Source: a virus (Duplodnaviria; Caudoviricetes). From it: DNA of 64,000 nucleotides. Positions 57,256 through 64,000 of the stretch are shown here, in pieces (the stretch's first letter is position 1; each line of letters starts with the position of its first letter). The position numbers and the translations under genes are program-made. The notes beneath the pieces were generated by a model. It saw only the letters and a program-made list of their open reading frames with translations, was not told the origin of the DNA and searched no databases. The DNA lies in the IMG/VR virus record IMGVR_UViG_3300016476_001378, one strand, 5' to 3'.

Positions 57256-58035
57256 ATGCAACAACAAATTTACGAAACTATCCAAGCAATGTTATTCTTG
57301 GAAATGCCAAAAAATCAAGCTGGCAACATAGTTATCTTTGACAGAGAGGTAAAAGGCTGGAGCTTAGGCGATAGAAAGCTTAAGCCAGCCACTCCTGCCA
57401 TCGTCATTTATGGTCAATCCATAAATAGAAAAGATATTGCAACTCGTACTTATGAAGTAGAGCATACCGTAACCATTAAATTAGAACTTGGCAGTGACAA
57501 TCAAACTATTTCGGCATCAATACTTCAGGAGTTTGAAAGATTAGTCAATGAAGTATTTTTAAGCCACAGACAAATCTGGGTAATGGGCCAATGCCCAGTT
57601 TGTATGAAGAAAACATTATCACCAGAGCACTTTCTTATCGAGCATGCCAACATCTTCCAGAGCTATGCCGACGATGCAGTTGCCGATGCCGAAGCGGCGT
57701 GGGCAGAGACACATACAACTACTATGCCAACAATGGCAAACTCCAGACAAGCAGTGCTCGCATTTAATCGCGTGGTAGAAGCTATTAGAAACAATAACCC
57801 TGTAAAAAATCTTACAGCTGAAGCTAAGAGAGCTTTTGATTTTGTAATTTCTACAAAAATGAAACCCATTAGAGTTCTGTATGATGTTAGAATTTCAGAC
57901 ATCAAACCTACAGACAATGGAATTGATAAGCAAACTTATCACACTGGAGAAGTTACAATACACGCAATGGAACTTTCATTAATACCAGCAACAGGCCCCG
58001 ATAATGTATCTACAGAGTCTTGGAGTGTTAGATGA
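57256..58035 (+). CDS. Probable tail completion/terminator-like protein with internal Zn-finger-like insert
   Basis: TPAIVIYG...HTVTIKLE pattern, position next to the adaptor gene; insert CPVC-x8-H-x4-H. Confidence 0.5.
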   Translation: MQQQIYETIQAMLFLEMPKNQAGNIVIFDREVKGWSLGDRKLKPATPAIVIYGQSINRKDIATRTYEVEHTVTIKLELGSDNQTISASILQEFERLVNEVFLSHRQIWVMGQCPVCMKKTLSPEHFLIEHANIFQSYADDAVADAEAAWAETHTTTMPTMANSRQAVLAFNRVVEAIRNNNPVKNLTAEAKRAFDFVISTKMKPIRVLYDVRISDIKPTDNGIDKQTYHTGEVTIHAMELSLIPATGPDNVSTESWSVR

Positions 58036-61000
58036 CCGATATCTCAAGGCTAGGTTTAGAAAAAATAGCATCAAACCTAGGAGCAGCACAAGCATCAATA
58101 GCAAATCAATTAGGCGACACTAATAAAAATCCAGGGGCCCTACTTGATTTAGAAGCAGTCTTGTGCAAATTGAGAGGCAGTACATTATTTTACAATGATG
58201 ACTATAGCCGATTTTATTACCCTGCCCCATCTAATCCCTCTGTCATAGAGCCATTTGATTTTGTAAAATTTAATTCATCAGATCTTGTAGGTCTTGGAAT
58301 TCAAGGGGCCTCAATTTCAAAAGATAATGAAGCCTCAAACTTGGGTTTCCCTGCGCTTGGAATGGCAAGTTGGCACCCTGGTTATTTAGGACCGCCTTGT
58401 CCAGAAGGATTTGGCACATGGTATTACAATGCTTGGGCTGGATACCACAAAGATCCACCTTCCTCAGGATTCGAAAATGGTAACTATCAAGATCGCTATG
58501 GTTATGAAAATCCTGTCAGATACAATTCAAGTAACCAATCTTATAACCGCGTACCATTTTTTGAGCATGCAAGATGGATTTCCATATTAAATAGCAGTGG
58601 TAGCAGTAGAACCACTGGTACTTATTCATTTGCTATAAATAAAGATAAAATTTATGGCATAAAAATAAAAGATCACATCACTGGATTCCCACAAGATATT
58701 CGATTTATGTATTACACCAAGCTTGTGCAAGGACGCTCAAGCACAACCTGGGAAAGCATAAATGTAACCACAAATGCAAATTATGAACTAAGTTATCTAG
58801 CTTACTCTGTAGAGGAAGTAGATGATACTTATGTATTTAAAATAAACATACCAAACGATTTGACTTATAATCCAACAGTTGGTTCCAGTGGTAGTGGGCA
58901 CGTTGCCAATAAATGGTGGCATTTTGTAATGTTCTGGGGCTCAATAGATGAAAAAGCTTTTCAGGATGTTATTGAATTTGATGGCGGCCTTACAGAAATT
59001 GACATATTCTCCAATGAGTTAATAGTTTGGAATGTTAAGCACTTCTTTAGAGACGGTTTGGACTCAAAGCTAAAATGGCTGCAACAATCTATTAATGATT
59101 CTGCAGAGAATAATTTAAAGGGCACTGATTATAGATATTTGGTGGCCCAAAACAGAACCCATTTTTTATTGGAAGATGGCGGGACGTTGGTTGCCTCCAA
59201 TCCAGATAAGTATTCTTTAGCAACTACTATTTTAGGCGATAATCTTAGTAGTATTAATAGTGTGTCCAATGACGTAATAGAATTGGATGCAGATCAATTC
59301 CAGTCTGCTATACTTACCGTTAAAACATCGGGCGATAATCAAGGCATTGGCGAAACAGCCTATAAATTAACTTTGGGCCCCAAATTTTATTCTGATTTTG
59401 CAACAACTAATTGGGAAGATTTTGAATATTACCCAGAACCAGAAGCAGACTACATTACTATAGCGAAGATAATTTTAAAAAGAGCATCTGCTGAAAACTA
59501 TGAAGCTATAGAATCGAATATCATCAATGGAACAAAAGTTGACGTAATTAATCCCTTGTACGGAATTAACCAAACAACTATAGTTCAAAATGCTGTTATT
59601 CATTGGATGCAACAAGTTGTGCCATCGCATGCTGTCGCTCCACATGGTGATCCACTTTTGTCAAGCCGACTACTAACGGGTATGTATAAATCTGTTCGCA
59701 ACTTTAGGTTCCACAGAACAGAAGATCCAATTGTAGTTGCAGCAACTAGACTTTTAACATACGGCTCTAGGACTCCAGAAGCCTTATTTAGCACCAGAAC
59801 TTCTGTTTATAATGTAAACAGCCAAGGCTCAATTATTTTCAGGAGATTGCTCAAAAATCCAACAGATGATCTATTGCAACCTTCACCAGATGAGCCTCTT
59901 GCAATCCAATTTGACTCTAATACTAGAAAAACTATTGAAAGCATAGCTTCTGCTGCACCATCAACAGAAATGCTAAGACTTAATGCCGATCATTTATTTT
60001 TGACAAATAATAAATTAAACATAGCAAATACGTTTGAAGTTTATTTAGAGTCCTCAGACAATTGTACGGCTGCAGATACTAGCGCCACTGGCAATAGGGT
60101 TGGTTTGGATTATACTTTGAGAATGTACTTAGAAGATAGTAATGAAAACTTACTTAAAAAAGACTGGTACATTATGGCTAGTAAATATTTATTAACCAAT
60201 CAAGAAATGGCTGATAGAATTACTAAAGAGCAATCTACCGTTGGTTATTTTACATTTGACACTCTGTCAAATATTCAAGAATGGAGACTTCAGGGCTATG
60301 CTGGCATAGTTCCAGATTTAGTCATGAATGAAAGCAGAGTTCTTACAACTAGATTCGCAAGTCCGCCCGATAGTACGCAAGTTACAGAAGCCCAATACAG
60401 AGCTAATTTAGAGGCCCAAGGTTATTCACAAAGCGAGATAGATGAATTAGTTCTTAGGTACTTAGAAGATGGCAATGAATTCTATTCTGAGAATCTTTTT
60501 CAGTATGATAATAACTTTGTTGCATTAAGAGAAGCTGCTTTAAATATAACTACATTTACAGAAGGTACACCATACTGGCAATCAAACATAGCTGGCCTCT
60601 ATGATGTTACTCAACCAGATCCAGAGTCTGGTACTGTTTTTTATTCTGATAGTTTTACCATAGCATTAGAAGGGGCCTCTCCTTCAGATCTTGAGTCCGT
60701 TGGTAAGCTTGCTCAGACAATTTATTCTTACACTCCAAGCTCAAGTATAACAGACCTAATACTTGAGAACAATAGAACTGCTTTTAAATTCAATAGTGGA
60801 TCTGGCGGATCAATTTCAGAAGTCTCCTTGAAACTTAAAAGTAGTATTTTTGATGCTGCAGACACTGCTATAACAAATAATGGAAGAATTTATCTTAAAA
60901 TTTATTCTTCTACTGGAACTCAACCAGATAGCCTTTTAGCATCTAGTATTGATTATGTAGATTACACAACCATTCTGGAGAGTGACTACAATGCATACAG

Positions 61001-62024
61001 ATGGAAGGTTAGTGCTCAGCTTTTAGCGGGTGAAGATTATTGGGCTGTTTTAGAATTAAACTCTGTTCCTCAAGGTGGAGATATTCTTATAGCAACATCA
61101 AACCCTTATGATGAAACTGTCAGAGAAATAGATTTCCAAGCTTTTTCTTTTATTAGTCTTGCAGATACAAATACATTTACGTGTTCAATACCAATCAAAT
61201 TTATTCAATCTAGTGCTAACACTGGCGAAAATTTGACAAATTCTTCTGGCAGACTTGATTTTGTTGTTTATTCATCGACAGATGCTGGAACCATTGGAGC
61301 ACCAATTTCTATCACTGCGATGCCTGGTTTTAATACTTATGTTAATTTCTCTGACATTTTAACATACAATAAGAATTTCCAATTCTCTGTATCCTTCTCA
61401 GCGGCAAAAGATACAAAATATTGGGTTGGTTTAGTGCCTAACGTAAGGCCAAGGGGCGGCACAATTGTTGCCGACATGGCAAATACATTCTTAGATCAAA
61501 TACAATTTACTTTGCAAACCAATGATGTGGGGCAATACACAGCATGGGATAACTGGGATGGCAGCAATTACAAAGCATGGATGGAAGTTTATTATGAAGT
61601 GTCTGAGATCTATGGATATTTCAATAGAGATGAAGACTACTCCATTCAGAAATGGCTACCATCTTCAAACAAAAGTAGAATAACTACAGCCCTATTACAA
61701 AAGGAAGGCTCGTGGGCATTCACAGCTAAAAAATTCCCACAGCCTTCAGCTGTTTATATTTATCCAAGATACGCTCCAGGCTATTATGTCCCAAGTTATA
61801 ATAATATCTATGTGTCTATTAGATTGGTAGTTGGCGGAAAATTAACAGATTACATTGTTCAAATAGACCCAACCGCATCACCAGTAGAGCCAATTAGAGT
61901 CAACCCTGTTGGGGAAGAAGCTGAAAGCATCGCTTACCTCTATGTTGCAAAGACCCTAGAAGAATTACAGAATGGAACACATGGGGCCCCTCCAGGTGAT
62001 AGAATAATTATAAGGAGTTCATAA
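58032..62024 (+). CDS. Large structural protein with two jelly-roll-like C-terminal domains
   Basis: 1330 aa; repeated unit (SEVSLKLK)...IY/VYSS...YW[AV][VG]L..N..P.GG. Confidence 0.7.
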   Translation: MTDISRLGLEKIASNLGAAQASIANQLGDTNKNPGALLDLEAVLCKLRGSTLFYNDDYSRFYYPAPSNPSVIEPFDFVKFNSSDLVGLGIQGASISKDNEASNLGFPALGMASWHPGYLGPPCPEGFGTWYYNAWAGYHKDPPSSGFENGNYQDRYGYENPVRYNSSNQSYNRVPFFEHARWISILNSSGSSRTTGTYSFAINKDKIYGIKIKDHITGFPQDIRFMYYTKLVQGRSSTTWESINVTTNANYELSYLAYSVEEVDDTYVFKINIPNDLTYNPTVGSSGSGHVANKWWHFVMFWGSIDEKAFQDVIEFDGGLTEIDIFSNELIVWNVKHFFRDGLDSKLKWLQQSINDSAENNLKGTDYRYLVAQNRTHFLLEDGGTLVASNPDKYSLATTILGDNLSSINSVSNDVIELDADQFQSAILTVKTSGDNQGIGETAYKLTLGPKFYSDFATTNWEDFEYYPEPEADYITIAKIILKRASAENYEAIESNIINGTKVDVINPLYGINQTTIVQNAVIHWMQQVVPSHAVAPHGDPLLSSRLLTGMYKSVRNFRFHRTEDPIVVAATRLLTYGSRTPEALFSTRTSVYNVNSQGSIIFRRLLKNPTDDLLQPSPDEPLAIQFDSNTRKTIESIASAAPSTEMLRLNADHLFLTNNKLNIANTFEVYLESSDNCTAADTSATGNRVGLDYTLRMYLEDSNENLLKKDWYIMASKYLLTNQEMADRITKEQSTVGYFTFDTLSNIQEWRLQGYAGIVPDLVMNESRVLTTRFASPPDSTQVTEAQYRANLEAQGYSQSEIDELVLRYLEDGNEFYSENLFQYDNNFVALREAALNITTFTEGTPYWQSNIAGLYDVTQPDPESGTVFYSDSFTIALEGASPSDLESVGKLAQTIYSYTPSSSITDLILENNRTAFKFNSGSGGSISEVSLKLKSSIFDAADTAITNNGRIYLKIYSSTGTQPDSLLASSIDYVDYTTILESDYNAYRWKVSAQLLAGEDYWAVLELNSVPQGGDILIATSNPYDETVREIDFQAFSFISLADTNTFTCSIPIKFIQSSANTGENLTNSSGRLDFVVYSSTDAGTIGAPISITAMPGFNTYVNFSDILTYNKNFQFSVSFSAAKDTKYWVGLVPNVRPRGGTIVADMANTFLDQIQFTLQTNDVGQYTAWDNWDGSNYKAWMEVYYEVSEIYGYFNRDEDYSIQKWLPSSNKSRITTALLQKEGSWAFTAKKFPQPSAVYIYPRYAPGYYVPSYNNIYVSIRLVVGGKLTDYIVQIDPTASPVEPIRVNPVGEEAESIAYLYVAKTLEELQNGTHGAPPGDRIIIRSS

Positions 62025-62905
62025 TGAGTGAAACACCAGAAGTTACAGCAGAACTATTAAACTCATTGCTGCTCCAATATGATAAATTAGTTGAAGGCGA
62101 TGATCTTTATTTGAGTTTGGAAGAATTTGCCATCGGCCAACCAGTAACTAATAGGCCCCTAGATTTATGTTGGGGCTATGCTTCTGTAGAGGCAAGTACG
62201 CAATCTTTAGCAGAGTATGAAGTTGTCATTGGCAGGGGTATAACTAGATCAACCACATCCAATGTTACCAAACAAATTAATAGAGTTAATTATGATTTCA
62301 CAGGCTTGAATTTAACAGATTTATTACCAAATAACCAATATCAAAACATTTATGCTTTTGGTAGTATTTTTATAAGCCCTGGCGATGACTCAGGACTGAT
62401 TAAAAATCCCACATCTATAATCGAAGCTGTGTTGCTAAAGGGTGAATTAGGTGGTTATCCTCTTTTGATGACGCATGATTTAGAAATAAATAATGTTCTC
62501 AGAATGATAAGAGATGAAGAGATCCCAGCTGCTATTAAGCCAAATGATAATTCAATAGAAATTTTTAGATTTGTATTAGAAATTAATTATTATAGCACAG
62601 ATGATTACACCACCAAAGATGTTAAAATACATTTTTTGGACAAAAGAAAACCCAGAGGTTGGGGTGGCTTTGCAGAAGAGGCACTGGCTGCAACCATAAC
62701 TCCTTTTTTGATTTACAAAAAAGAAGATTATGCCACATTTTTAAATGCATTTGATAATAATATTTATAATTTAATAAAAAGCTGGATAAATCTAAGGTAT
62801 TGGTCGCCAAACTTTCTTGACTATTGGCAAAATCCAAGCAATTCAGTGCTGATGCCAGATAGATTAAAAGACTATTTAAAAATAAAATTCAGTATCACGA
62901 TTTGA
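62024..62905 (+). CDS. Hypothetical protein, likely structural
   Basis: 293 aa, AAGGAG SD, TAATG coupling. Confidence 0.72.
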   Translation: MSETPEVTAELLNSLLLQYDKLVEGDDLYLSLEEFAIGQPVTNRPLDLCWGYASVEASTQSLAEYEVVIGRGITRSTTSNVTKQINRVNYDFTGLNLTDLLPNNQYQNIYAFGSIFISPGDDSGLIKNPTSIIEAVLLKGELGGYPLLMTHDLEINNVLRMIRDEEIPAAIKPNDNSIEIFRFVLEINYYSTDDYTTKDVKIHFLDKRKPRGWGGFAEEALAATITPFLIYKKEDYATFLNAFDNNIYNLIKSWINLRYWSPNFLDYWQNPSNSVLMPDRLKDYLKIKFSITI

Positions 62906-62912
62906 GGTTAAA

Positions 62913-64000
62913 ATGGCAGACATTAATGAGGAATTTATTGCAGAATACGCAAGAGTTGTGGGCAATGCTTTTACGGCTATAGACAGCGGCATTGGCGATG
63001 AAAATACTCCTGGGTCAGCAATTTTTACCCTAAATCAACTTTCGTTTTTGGCAGACAGAAAGCTACCAGCTTTTGGAATTGTCCAAAACATGAATTCAAC
63101 AGGATTTACAGTCACTGTAGATGAGAATGATCCTGCTTTTATTAAAGTTAGTTCTGGTCAAATAGCCTATAAAAACAATAACATTAATGTGCCATCGCAA
63201 AGAGTTTCTATAGTAAGAACTGTTGTTGGAACTTATAACAACACTGATGTTTATGGCATGAGAATTGGTTTCCCATATTCTGAAGCAGTTAAAACATCTG
63301 GTCAAATTTATTCTTCAGTTTTGACACAAACAACTTCAATGACCTCAAATGTTGTTTATGTTGAAAACCCACAAAGAATTATTGATTTAGGATTCCCTAT
63401 AACAGCATACATTGGCAGCAATACCTATGTGGTATTTAATGGAACAAATGCAGACAACACGGGATTCACAATAGATCCAGCAATCAATGGTGGATTTCTG
63501 CCAACAGTTTTTGATGAAGGCACTAATGTAAATTTCATTTATGAGCCTAAAATCAAGGCCATTTACGGACTTCCAGTCCCTGTTGCATCTAATGACCCAA
63601 GTGCTTTTAAATATTATCCTAATTTGCCATCTGACTGGTTGCCCATAGCTGACATTCTAATAGAAAATCCAAATGATCCTGCTGTGGCAATTTTTGGATC
63701 AGATAATGCAATTTTAAGAACAGCTATTGATTATCCGCCAGTAAATTCAGCAACACCTATTTTTTCTGATACAGATGCACAAATTATTGCAAGCTCTATA
63801 AAGGTTGCAAAATCTCAATTAGTAAGTAACAAAGACAGAGCTTCTGTATCTGAGGCTGTAAGAGCTTTAGAAAATTACACAAGTGCCCTCCAAACAAATG
63901 CAGGATTAGGCTTTAGACAATTTTGGGGAGCAAGGCCGTTAAAGCAAACAACTTACTACAATAAGGGTGTTAGCTATGAAGGGCTTGAAAGATTTGAATT
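62913..64000 (+). CDS. Structural-like protein, partial; runs off the right edge
   Basis: Not in ORF track. GAGGT SD, ATG 62913: MADINEEFIAEYARVVGNAF...IKVSSGQIAYKN...; open to the end of the window. Confidence 0.8.
   Translation, partial: MADINEEFIAEYARVVGNAFTAIDSGIGDENTPGSAIFTLNQLSFLADRKLPAFGIVQNMNSTGFTVTVDENDPAFIKVSSGQIAYKNNNINVPSQRVSIVRTVVGTYNNTDVYGMRIGFPYSEAVKTSGQIYSSVLTQTTSMTSNVVYVENPQRIIDLGFPITAYIGSNTYVVFNGTNADNTGFTIDPAINGGFLPTVFDEGTNVNFIYEPKIKAIYGLPVPVASNDPSAFKYYPNLPSDWLPIADILIENPNDPAVAIFGSDNAILRTAIDYPPVNSATPIFSDTDAQIIASSIKVAKSQLVSNKDRASVSEAVRALENYTSALQTNAGLGFRQFWGARPLKQTTYYNKGVSYEGLERFE

Noticed and set aside
1-64000. CRISPR array, tRNA/rRNA genes, IS elements, inteins or introns
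   Set aside because: No regularly spaced repeats, tRNA arm motifs, transposase or splicing motifs were seen; intergenic gaps are mostly too short. A tRNAscan/Infernal run would be needed to exclude RNA genes formally
1-64000. Bacterial chromosome origin suggested by dnaJ, lepB and infC
   Set aside because: The usual neighbours (dnaK/grpE, thrS-rpmI-rplT, lepA/rnc) are absent and the genes sit among virion-like ORFs

Overview
AT-rich (roughly 35-38% GC by eye), densely coding, standard-code segment that reads as part of a large (jumbo/huge-type) tailed phage genome. No capsid, portal or terminase gene is recognisable in the window, so this call rests on gene content. Genes run on the minus strand from about 54,257 to the left edge and on the plus strand from 54,349 to the right edge. 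Left to right: a partial SF2 (UvsW/Rad25-like) helicase missed by the ORF track; a chaperone/protease block (DnaJ, trypsin-like protease, signal peptidase I, subtilisin); a small LamG-containing cassette; about 40 kb of very large mosaic tail/baseplate-like proteins, interrupted by a CHAP-like hydrolase and translation initiation factor IF3; candidate neck/head-tail genes; small Zn-ribbon genes and a degenerate PHP protein at the strand switch; more virion-like proteins. Main signals beyond the ORF track: (1) an A9/A_AAA_AAG slippage site at 49,029-49,038 joining a 217-aa ORF to a start-less ~1,380-codon -1 frame; (2) a recurring AGG-N17-T(A/G)(T/G)AA promoter-like motif in seven gene-upstream regions; (3) strong over-representation of GGGGCC/GGCCCC; (4) hairpins covering start codons; (5) a domain apparently split across two genes and many nested module insertions; (6) a shared N-terminal W-[YR]-x-x-(L)A motif on unrelated proteins. 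No tRNA, rRNA, CRISPR array or transposase was seen. All family assignments are motif recognition by eye, not database hits.
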